Positions 25,013 through 34,323 of a stretch of DNA of 64,000 bases are shown here, one piece after another; position 1 is the stretch's first letter, and each line of letters opens with the position of its first letter. Under the pieces are notes generated by a model. It saw only the letters and a list, made by a program, of their open reading frames with translations. It was not told the origin of the DNA and searched no databases. Position numbers and translations under genes: made by a program. The stretch is from NCBI GenBank assembly GCA_008632985.1, contig QPGO01000113.1, positions 126,947 through 190,946 on the forward strand. The letters run 5' to 3'. The DNA is from Psammoneis japonica. Lineage: Eukaryota.

Positions 25013-28000
25013 ATGAATCAAGGCTCTAATCCCACAGTGGTCAATCCACACTCTGCAAGAAATGAAGCCACAAGAAGGAACAAGAGGTTGGCGGAAAACA
25101 CAGTGGCGAGAATGATGAATGCGGCAAAGAAAACAGCCGAGCAGGAGAAGAGTCGCGTCGCTAGCACTGCAGCTGCTGCCAGGAGTTGTCGTGGAAAGAG
25201 GGCGGCAGAAACTCGTGCTTCCAACAGAGCAGCAAAGGCTTCACGACAAGATGGGAATGCCATTGTGGAAGATGGTGCTTTGAAGGGCTCTTTTGCTTCA
25301 TGCACCTTAAAAGTGTGCGACAAGTTGTCTGAGCATCTCAAGAAGTGTGTTGGGTTCAAGGCAAATGGCAAACATGAGCCATGCGGAAGCTGGCCTCAAA
25401 TGTTTGGCTCTTCAATGATTGATTTGTCTTCTGATCCAGTGAACAACTTTCCTTTTGCACCAGGACAAGAAAGTGCGGAACAAGAAAACGCCGCACCGCT
25501 CTGCCGAGAGGATTTTGCTGTGCCGCCTGTCATGTTTTTTGGGCCGGAGGATCGTTGGCGGTTGTTTCATTGGCCAGAATGCAGGCCCTGCTGCCCCTTT
25601 CATCCCGGAGAAACTGAGTGTGTTGGCCATCTTGGACATTCAGATTGTGCCAGGCGTGCATGCGGGGAGCATCAAAATGAAGCTTTTGTCAGGCGTCGGC
25701 ACATGTGCACGCGAATGCAGAAGGAGAGCCACGGCACCCGTGACAGGGAGAGCTGCACATTCCATGGCTGTGACTCTGCAGCACTGTCACAATCACCCGA
25801 GTGTGTTCAAGGTTGGTGGCGGCAAAATGGTTGCAAAATCACTTCCAAAGGCGCGATCAAATGGAAACTCATTGACCAAATGAGATCGTCTCTTTCACAC
25901 GGAATGAGTGGGCTTGGCTTTGTGAAGTCGCTGATGGAGCGATGCAAGCAGACTCATGCTGTGAAGGCAAAAATGTGGCGAGGATGCGTTGCTTTTGCTC
26001 ACAACTCAGTTAAAAGGGACAGTCGAATTGAAAAGCAAAGTTTGTATTTTGACTTTGACGACGAGAGGTCGGAAATGCAAGTGCCCTCCCTAGCGCAACT
26101 GTTGGAAGCAACAATGTCAGAAATCGAGTCTTGCATTCCTTGCTGTCGTCACAAAATGACAATGAATGGCGGCCTTTTCCTTTCTGGGGACCATTTTGTC
26201 AAAATTGGAAAGGTCGTTTTGATCGAGAACAAAAGAGGTTTCATTGGATTGTGCACGGTTGTGAATGAGTTTGGCCATGCATTGTCATTCCGACTTGTCA
26301 CCGGCACAACCTCATTGGAGGTTGAGGACAGCCTGCGTGGTCTCAACAGACGGCACAGAATGCACGGTTTTAAAGGCCCTGTTGTTTTCACGACGGATCG
26401 ATGCTGCGATGAGCGCTCGTTCTATGAAGGAGACAGAAACAATGGCGAGGAACCCACATTCCATTCCTTTGTTCCAGAGACAGAAGAAGAAATGGATTGT
26501 GCCACATCCGCCATGGAGCCACAAGGTGAAAGTGGCACAGACCAGCCTCGAAAGGGATTCAAATTTGTTGAGCATCTCAACATTGCCAAGCCACCAATCA
26601 CGTTCTCTACAAAACAAGTTGCCGATGCCACAGCCAAGGACATTCTTGCCAAATGTGCTGAAAATAATTGGAATGCATTGTCCATTGACACAGAGTGGAC
26701 GGTCGGGACCGAGGATGGCCCGCACACTGTTCAAGTTGCTACGCCTGATTTGGAGAACTGCGTTTTTGTGTCACCCTGTCCTGACGGGCTCAAGCTTCTC
26801 TTGGAGTCGAAAGCCATAAAGAAAGTTGCCTCCAAGATTGATGCAGACAAAAGGAAGCTTGCACAGATTGGGGTGTCATTGACCAATGCAACAAACCTGC
26901 AGAACGTGGCAAAAGAACGAGGCATCGTGGAAAGGGCGACGGTTGGTCTTAATGACATTGCGAAGGCTCTTTTTGGCTGTGGAGTCAACAAAGACAACAG
27001 ACTGCGTTTGTTTGATTGGAAAGGATCCCACATTGATGACGAGCATTGTCGTTGTGCTGCTGTCGATTCTTGTGTGCAAATGATGGCGCACTTGAAAATG
27101 GCGGCCATGCCGGATGTTGATCCCAGAGAGATTCCGCCCCCAGACGCAAGGGATCTCAAGGAAAATGACAAGATGTTGCTGCACACAACCAACAAATCTG
27201 TGGTGGTTGCAGAAGCAAGCTATGTGGGCCCATCAAAATCAGTGACTCCCTTTTGCGTCAAAGTCGATCCAGCTGCTGTCATGGTTCGACTCGACACCGT
27301 CAAGCGGCCTTCTGCAACTGTTCCGAAAATGGACAAGAAATGCATTGAGGAGATCACTGCAGATGGCACAAATGAAATTACACGGGAATTGAGGAACTTA
27401 CGGGTTGTCCCCACGAGTCAATGCAATGCGGTCGCGTTTGAAATGCACACGAGAAAAACACAAGAGCGAATGTCGGAGAGCGATGAAAGCGCCGACGATT
27501 CTTCTGTCCCGCCTGCTGCTGTGCCGCCACCTGGAATAGAGAATGAAGACGATGAAGAAATTGATGATGAGGGAGAGTGTGATGATGAACATGAAGACCA
27601 ACAACAAGCGGGAATCGAGCGTCAGTTTCACACGAAGCAAGACATCGAACACATTTTCATTCGGTTCGGGAGGGTCATCTCGAAAAGCCACGGTGCCTTT
27701 GGGGTGTTCATGGCTCGACTGTCGGATGTCTTCTTTGTTCCTTGCCAGACTGACATTGAGTTTGTCAAGGAAGCATTGCGAAAGAGTGGACTCAGCGAAG
27801 ACGACATCAACGCCTTGCCCTGGAAGTTTTTTCGAAAACGGGTCCGTCGTGCAGTGCCGGGCCCGAAAGAGTTGGAGAGAGAATTCACGAAGCTTGTGAA
27901 TCTTCTTGCAAATGTGCCGGACGCAAAGACCAAGAAGCCACTCTTTCAAAAGAAAGCATGGAATCTCTACAAGTCTACGCTTCGTCACATGCGGAAGGGT

Positions 28001-29416
28001 TGCCTCAGTGACATCCCTTTAATGTCGTGCCACGTTCAGATCGGCACGGACTCATGTGGCATCCCGCTTTTTAAATGTCTTCGAGGAACGAGTGCACTTG
28101 AAGGATGTCATCAAAAAGTCCGACAACTGCTGCGAGCATTCAACTACTCTCCCAGGCTTGTCATTGCATTGCTGTATGAATTTGTTCACCGTTGGAACCA
28201 CGATGTCAGTGTGCGCGTTCTCGGTCTACCCAGCAAATATGCCAACTACTACGATGGCTGGGAGGTGGAGCAAGAAATCAAGGTAACGGCATCATGGGAA
28301 GAGCTGCTCGAGCCGCCACACTCAAAGTGGGAGATGACTGAGGACTTTAAAAATACTGGGGAGGAGTTCGGCATTGAGGGTGCGCTCCGAGAGAGCAATC
28401 TTGAAGACGAAGTCACGAAGCTTGTTGATGCGTTTGAAGATGGCAGCTTGGATGATGATAATGCTGATGGCGATCAATCTCTTTCTAAGTATCAAGAATT
28501 GCCTGCATCAGCCTCCTGGATTGCAAAGAAGCTCGGTCGGAAAAGAGGCGTCAAACCAGTTGAGTCGCCTACAGAAGTCGATTTTTTCCGTCGTAACTAC
28601 ACAAGTTATCAAAGCCTTGACGGCCGACAAACCGAAGCTGATAATTATTCGTGCATTCAATGGGGTGAGATGACAAATTTTTGGAATCAAGTAGTCAAGG
28701 ATGAAGATGATGGAAAGAGACCGGTGACTGATATGACTTACAAAAACGCATTTCATCTCATGGCGTATTGGCAAGAGTTCAAAAGGAAAGGGAATGTCGC
28801 GGCGACTGTTCTACCAGTGAAGGAGGCGAACAAGAACTTGAGACAGGAGTTGAGAGGACCGTCTCGAACAACAGAGGTTGCTTTCCTTGGCAGCAGAAAA
28901 ATAGTGGAACCGGCCCCTCGAGGCAAGCCGGCGTCAGAGACGGCGGAGGATGATCCAAAGCCGTACTCTATTTTTGAAGACGACCAAACGTTTCCGACCG
29001 GCGATGATTTCCACATCACGGATGACACTGATGACTTGCTTCCAACAGCTGAAGATGATCACAGTGTGGAATATACAAAAGATACAGAGTCACCGTTGCA
29101 AGAGCCTGTTGCCGTGCTTCCTTTCGTGGGCAAACTTCCCAGCGGCAAGCGTCCTTCAGACTACGTTACACGTCAACCAGTGCAAAATACAACACCTCCT
29201 GGAGCAAGCAGAAAGAATAACAAGCAAAAGGTGAGAAGGAGATGTCGAAAATGTGGTATGGACAAATCTTTTGATATGTATGCTGAATATCACCAAGGGA
29301 CCGGATTCAACAAGGAGCTACGGAAGTTCATTCAGGCGAATGACGTCTGCACGACCCCAGCAGATGAACGCTTGGATGGCTTTCCCATTGCCAGTGGGGT
29401 GCGCATGGCTCGATGA
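25013..29416 (+). CDS. Dada-like DDE transposase with inserted DEDDy 3'-5' exonuclease domain
   Basis: SGDHF, TTDRCC, QDIEH (DxxH), RGTSALEGCH; SIDTEW...QVAT...DW...CAAVD exonuclease motifs lie between the second D and DxxH; C-terminal CRKC...H...C. Superfamily assignment is from recalled architecture, not a search. Confidence 0.75.
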   Translation: MNQGSNPTVVNPHSARNEATRRNKRLAENTVARMMNAAKKTAEQEKSRVASTAAAARSCRGKRAAETRASNRAAKASRQDGNAIVEDGALKGSFASCTLKVCDKLSEHLKKCVGFKANGKHEPCGSWPQMFGSSMIDLSSDPVNNFPFAPGQESAEQENAAPLCREDFAVPPVMFFGPEDRWRLFHWPECRPCCPFHPGETECVGHLGHSDCARRACGEHQNEAFVRRRHMCTRMQKESHGTRDRESCTFHGCDSAALSQSPECVQGWWRQNGCKITSKGAIKWKLIDQMRSSLSHGMSGLGFVKSLMERCKQTHAVKAKMWRGCVAFAHNSVKRDSRIEKQSLYFDFDDERSEMQVPSLAQLLEATMSEIESCIPCCRHKMTMNGGLFLSGDHFVKIGKVVLIENKRGFIGLCTVVNEFGHALSFRLVTGTTSLEVEDSLRGLNRRHRMHGFKGPVVFTTDRCCDERSFYEGDRNNGEEPTFHSFVPETEEEMDCATSAMEPQGESGTDQPRKGFKFVEHLNIAKPPITFSTKQVADATAKDILAKCAENNWNALSIDTEWTVGTEDGPHTVQVATPDLENCVFVSPCPDGLKLLLESKAIKKVASKIDADKRKLAQIGVSLTNATNLQNVAKERGIVERATVGLNDIAKALFGCGVNKDNRLRLFDWKGSHIDDEHCRCAAVDSCVQMMAHLKMAAMPDVDPREIPPPDARDLKENDKMLLHTTNKSVVVAEASYVGPSKSVTPFCVKVDPAAVMVRLDTVKRPSATVPKMDKKCIEEITADGTNEITRELRNLRVVPTSQCNAVAFEMHTRKTQERMSESDESADDSSVPPAAVPPPGIENEDDEEIDDEGECDDEHEDQQQAGIERQFHTKQDIEHIFIRFGRVISKSHGAFGVFMARLSDVFFVPCQTDIEFVKEALRKSGLSEDDINALPWKFFRKRVRRAVPGPKELEREFTKLVNLLANVPDAKTKKPLFQKKAWNLYKSTLRHMRKGCLSDIPLMSCHVQIGTDSCGIPLFKCLRGTSALEGCHQKVRQLLRAFNYSPRLVIALLYEFVHRWNHDVSVRVLGLPSKYANYYDGWEVEQEIKVTASWEELLEPPHSKWEMTEDFKNTGEEFGIEGALRESNLEDEVTKLVDAFEDGSLDDDNADGDQSLSKYQELPASASWIAKKLGRKRGVKPVESPTEVDFFRRNYTSYQSLDGRQTEADNYSCIQWGEMTNFWNQVVKDEDDGKRPVTDMTYKNAFHLMAYWQEFKRKGNVAATVLPVKEANKNLRQELRGPSRTTEVAFLGSRKIVEPAPRGKPASETAEDDPKPYSIFEDDQTFPTGDDFHITDDTDDLLPTAEDDHSVEYTKDTESPLQEPVAVLPFVGKLPSGKRPSDYVTRQPVQNTTPPGASRKNNKQKVRRRCRKCGMDKSFDMYAEYHQGTGFNKELRKFIQANDVCTTPADERLDGFPIASGVRMAR

Positions 29417-29476
29417 TAAATTAAATAACTTACTGTCACATTGCATGTAGCATGTTCGGCGTCATCTTAGACCCCA

Positions 29477-29748
29477 CTCGTAGCTTGTCGTGTCCTACAC
29501 CGCCTACTCCAATGCCGCCCAGATACTGCAATGCCACCCACTCCTACTCGTAGCTTGTTGTGGCCTACACCGCCTACTCCAATGCCGCCCAGATACTGCA
29601 ATGCCAACTGCTCCTACTCGTAGCTTGTCGTGTCCTACACCGCCTACTCCAATGCCGCCCAGATACTGCAATGCCACCTGCTCCTACTCGTAGCTTGTCG
29701 TGTCCTACACCGCCTGCTCCAATGCCGCCCAGATACTGCAGTGCCACC
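29477..29748. repeat. 70-bp tandem repeat, about 3.9 copies
   Basis: ctcgtagcttg recurs at 29477, 29547, 29617 and 29687 with near-identical intervening sequence. Confidence 0.95.
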
Positions 29749-30300
29749 TTTTCCCACATCGACTGGCTACTCCACAATGCCGACGACTCGTGAGCCTCCT
29801 TCTCCAATGCTAACCCCCATTTGCCAGTGGGGGGGTGCATGGCTAAATGACAATAAAGTAGAGTTCGCTTTCCCCATCCATCAACTCTAGAGTAAGTATG
29901 CTCCACATCAACCTATAGGATATGGTGCAACCCCAAGAAAAGATGTCAACCTGTAGGAAGTGGTGCAAACCCTGGAAAGAATATAGCAAGACAAAGATTA
30001 GTGCTGGAAAGAGGAACAAATGATGCCAAGCATGCGGAATGGACAAGGCTTACACCTGCTCAAATGCCGCATGCTACTATTCCACCTACTCACAATCGGT
30101 AGCTTACCAGTAATGTCACTCTTCCCACAACGGGGAGATTGATGACGTGGTCTCACTTATTCCAGGTGCCGTCAAGCTACCAGTAATGCTGCTCTTCCCA
30201 AAAGTGGTACATTGTATGATAGATTGCCACAAAAAATACTCCACGCCCTTGAATTTTCTGTAATGGACAAAGATTAACGCAAACTAAAAAGTAGTGAGAA

Positions 30301-30698
30301 AATTGGTGAAAACGCGATTGAGAATCGAAATAGCACTAACCTGTCTCCTTCGCGCGCGCTTTTTCGATTTTGAAATTTCTGTGAGGTTTCAACGAAATGA
30401 GAAATCCATGAATCTCATTGACACACAATGGGACCAAACCCTTCAGACAGATTGTGCAATTATCGTTATGAATGAAACAAGAAACGGGTAAATCGGTGAA
30501 AAATTCATTGAGATATCGTAATAGCACTAACCTGTCTCGAATAGCGCAATCGATTTTTTTGGCACACTTTCGACAAACCACAAATCCATAATTCTGATTG
30601 ACACGCAATGGTTCCAAGCCTTTCGGAAAGATTGTAAAATTATCGTTTAGAATGAAACAAGAAACGTGAAAATTGGTGAAAGACTCATTGAGATATCA
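30301..30698. repeat. Diverged 180-190-bp tandem repeat, about 2.2 copies
   Basis: aat(t/c)ggtgaa at 30301, 30491 and 30671; shared tagcactaacctgtctc and aatgaaacaagaaacg blocks. Confidence 0.85.
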
Positions 30699-31085
30699 AC
30701 ATGCCTACGGTGACACCGGCAGCACTCATCATTGTGCTGCTCGCATGCGCTTTTTGTTGCGTGAAAAACAGTAAATTGAGCCAATTTAGATAGAGGGAAC
30801 CCACCTCTCGCGCTCAACGCGCTCGCTATTTGTTTTTTGTGTGCGTTCAACGCCTGAATCCCCTCCTTTTTTCCGTTTTCCTTTTAACCGGCCACGAATA
30901 TGAAAAAGTTGCCACAAAGTCGTGGGCAAAAGTTCCCGCCAACCGCCAACACCGCGCGGACTTCAGCCTTCAGCCTTCAGCCAGTTTGCCTTTTTGCTGT
31001 GGTGCTCCACACCGGTTGTTTCCTTCGCCGCCTTTGCTGAGTTGAAAAGCCAGACCTATTATTCCATTCTTTGAAAGCAAGCAGC

Positions 31086-31307
31086 ATGACTTTTGTTTAC
31101 ACGGGAAAAGGAAAAAGAGGAGCGCAAAAAGACGACGCACCGCCAGAACAGAAACACTGTGCAAAACAGGCCTGTGCGATTCAATGGTGTCTGGCTCGAC
31201 GAAATCACCAAGAGCGACTTTGCCAATCCGTGATTGACGAATGGAAAGAATGTCGAGACAAGGCTGTGGCAGCAGCGAATGCTCGCAATTTTTCAAAAGA
31301 GGCATGA
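31086..31307 (+). CDS. Cx9C-motif protein, CMC4/MTCP1-like
   Basis: HCAKQACAIQWCLARRNHQERLCQSVIDEWKEC matches the CMC4/p8-MTCP1 cysteine pattern. Confidence 0.75.
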   Translation: MTFVYTGKGKRGAQKDDAPPEQKHCAKQACAIQWCLARRNHQERLCQSVIDEWKECRDKAVAAANARNFSKEA

Positions 31308-31898
31308 GACACGAAGGACGCGAGACAGCGGGCTACTCTTGACTCTTGACAGATCTGAAGACAGTCGGCACCACACTATTTCATGCACAAGAACAACAGC
31401 AGCAAGATTGACCGTAGCTCCTGTGGATTACGATGAGGAGCTCACGTCACAGTATCTTGGAAAGAAGAGCTTCGCAATAACTGCAGTCGAAGAAAAATCC
31501 TACATAAATTGCGTCGGGAAATGGCTGTTTAAAGGGATGAGTACTAAACGCACCAAGAACTCTTCGAACTACGCCAATGCCCTCCCGAAACGATTCGAAT
31601 AATTAGCTGCCTCTAAAAATTTTATGAATCGACAGCGTACTTCTAGCTTGTCAGCTTGTCGACAATATGGTAGCACTCACTGAAAGGAAACCTTGATGGA
31701 TGGACTAGGTCCAAAAACAAGAACAACGTTGGAGTTCGATTCCTTCTGAAGAAGGTTTGGAAATTATATCTGGGATGAAATTTTTCCTCACCTTCACGAT
31801 AATTTCTGTAGCGATCTGCGTGTATTCAGGAGGGCTGCGGTGACCGCGCTTGATCCCATGGCAGGTGGCTAGACTACAGCACGTTGGTGCTACGTTTG

Positions 31899-31901
<3 letters not shown>

Positions 31902-31931
<30 letters not shown>
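31902..31931. repeat. (CT)n microsatellite
   Basis: About 15 perfect CT units. Confidence 0.95.
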
Positions 31932-31932
<1 letters not shown>

Positions 31933-32024
31933 GAGTGGCTCTTCTTCCCGGCGACTCGGAGATGTGAATAGGCATCGTCTGTAATTTGAAGACAGCGTTA
32001 CCTTCTATTCATCTATCACATTTG

Positions 32025-33260
32025 CTATATCATCTTATGGTGCGGCTCTTGTTGGTCTTCGTGAAACCAGCCTGAAGATGACCATCTTTCCCGTTGCTGG
32101 GCTGGCAAAACTTCGTGGGGCAACGACACAGAGTCAAACATGACTAGCGTTCCACCCAGCGGAGGGACATCCACCGACAGTTCATCCGATTCTGGTTCCG
32201 AGGGAGCTGTCGCTTTCTTCAACAAGGCTGTGGCAGCGGATTTGGGTGGTTCCAAGAAATGAAACCGTGGCGCCAAGTCAGGTGCATCAATCAAGAGTCG
32301 CTGCGCAAAAAAATCACCTCCCGACAGAAACAAGACAGGATCTGGATTGAAATTCTTGGAAATGTAAACTGGTTTGTCGTCCTTGAGAATGTACATGGCG
32401 CAATACCCATCAGTTTCGGCGTTGTTATTGTTCAAATGCCGTCTCCCGTCCATAAACACGGCCCGTTCCGTTGGATCAGATTTGGTCGAGCGTAACCACC
32501 CAATTTGCAAGTCACCGTTTTCTCGGGAGCCAATTACCGCATTTTTTGTGGGGTGGTTGCGTCTTTGGAAGCACCGAATACAACCACCATGTAGGTCTGG
32601 ATCCCAATCTTCCTCGTTCAGATAGATTAACCACGACACGGAACGACGAGTTGGCTTTTCCCAACCACGTCTTCCCTTTAGTTCTTCATGGTGCTCGTCA
32701 ATATGGCGTTTCAAATAGGCGCCAGGTCCAAAACGCGTATAAGAAATTTCTGTCGATCCAACTCCATACTTAGTGGTGCTTACGCCTTTATCCAAATGAG
32801 GACGATCCAAATGAGTCGATAAGTCGGACCGAACCTTTGCCATTATGGACCCAAACACATTGTGCCTCAAATGCGGATTCCCAATATCTGTACGTTTCCA
32901 TTGATCGAGTTTTAACACGGTACGATCGCGTGCCGGATCGAATTTCGTGGTGGCCTCCGTCCCGTAGGCAGCAAGTGCGTCGGCAGAAAAATGCACGTCG
33001 CGATACAACCCAACAGCATCCTTTCTCAATTCTGACACAAGATCCTCTTGCAAGAAATTGGGAACAACTGCAATCCTGCCCTGTAATATCGTATCATACA
33101 CCGAATCATCAAACAGCTTGTCTGCAGCCAGGTCCACTTTAGTAGAACTACTGCACAGTCTCCAATCTCGCCCACTTTCTCTTCTGGGCAACGGCACAAA
33201 TGCCAGGGAGCCTTGGCAACCCCACAAGGCCAGAATAGAGCATGACCACGCAACTTTCAT
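32025..33260 (-). CDS. 2OG-Fe(II) oxygenase (prolyl-hydroxylase-like), probably plastid-targeted
   Basis: RHIDEH (HxD), SWLIYLN, GGTLVMFDS...PHEV...R..GWF; signal peptide followed by SLA-FVP. Confidence 0.85.
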   Translation of the reverse strand: MKVAWSCSILALWGCQGSLAFVPLPRRESGRDWRLCSSSTKVDLAADKLFDDSVYDTILQGRIAVVPNFLQEDLVSELRKDAVGLYRDVHFSADALAAYGTEATTKFDPARDRTVLKLDQWKRTDIGNPHLRHNVFGSIMAKVRSDLSTHLDRPHLDKGVSTTKYGVGSTEISYTRFGPGAYLKRHIDEHHEELKGRRGWEKPTRRSVSWLIYLNEEDWDPDLHGGCIRCFQRRNHPTKNAVIGSRENGDLQIGWLRSTKSDPTERAVFMDGRRHLNNNNAETDGYCAMYILKDDKPVYISKNFNPDPVLFLSGGDFFAQRLLIDAPDLAPRFHFLEPPKSAATALLKKATAPSEPESDELSVDVPPLGGTLVMFDSVSLPHEVLPAQQRERWSSSGWFHEDQQEPHHKMI

Positions 33261-34323
33261 AATTGTTTAGGTATCGCAACCACCATACCAGTTTGGAAGT
33301 TTTTTGACCTCGTGTAGTACAGAGGTTGAAGTTTCCCGCCCTCGCAGATTTTTGAATTTTTCTGTGACGCAAGCATTTCTAATGTTGTGCAGCACCCATA
33401 AAGCCAATCGAAAGATCATCATCTTCTGTTGCTCTGTTTTGCTGCCACACCTGCTGGTTGTTTAGGTTGTTCGTTGCTCTGTGTGTGACAGTTTGTCAGA
33501 TGCAAATGCAAAGCTGAGTTGAGTTGAGTTGAGTTGCACTGTGCTCGCTCATGTCGGTCGCTGCTGCTCACTTTCTCGCCTGCCTGTGCCAACAAGCAGC
33601 ACGAGCCATGGGCTGAGCAAAAGATGTTTGATTGCAACACAAGGCAGCAGGCAATTGTGTTTCCAGAGCACAGTGGTCAGTTCTGATGTGAGTTCATCTG
33701 GCTTGATGACATCCACATGCCACACTTTGAGAGGCACTTTGTTGTGCCTCCGTGGATGAAAGCGCTCTGAGAGAGACAGCAAGCAACGACTTCTCTTGTT
33801 GTTGTTTGACCATGAGCTGCTGGTGAATGGCTTTTCAAAAAGTGGCAGCTTGGGGCATGGCACAGTTGCTGATGCTGCTGATCCTGTCCCACCAATTGTG
33901 ATGCAGCCAAGCACACACAAAAAGCCCACTCTTTTTGGCAACATGATGCTGTCCCCACAATTTGTTGCTTTCACCTGACATCTGCTTGTGGTGTGTCTGG
34001 TGTTTCATCATTGGCATCTAAGAAAAATGCTGCACAGGACAAATCTGCTGAGGACAACAGCAGTGTGCCAAGAGAAGCTCATTGAGAATTTTGGGCTGGC
34101 CGTGCTGTGCCAATGCTGTGCCAGAAAGATGCTCTGTCCATGGTCAAATCCCAGCCGGACATCTCGTGAAAAGCAAACTTTGCCAGAATGATGCCATTGT
34201 GGCAAAACAGTTTGGCAACCATTTTTTTTAAGTGATGCTGCATCAGTGCCATCTCAAAGTGAGCAGCTGTTTGTTGCAGTGGCGCACTCTTGAACCAACA
34301 ACAAACAGATGTGGCAGAGAGTT

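Noticed and set aside
29477..29748. CRISPR-like array
   Set aside because: Whole 70-bp units repeat with no unique spacers; eukaryotic context and no cas genes.
31800..31870. U1 snRNA-like sequence (acctgccatgggatcaag on the minus strand) as a Dada target
   Set aside because: Lacks the ATACTTACCTG 5' end and a convincing structure, and lies beyond a host gene.
32025..33260. 2OG-Fe(II) oxygenase as the enzyme behind the base changes
   Set aside because: It has a signal peptide plus plastid-type motif and prolyl-hydroxylase-like motifs; proximity to the repeats is not evidence.
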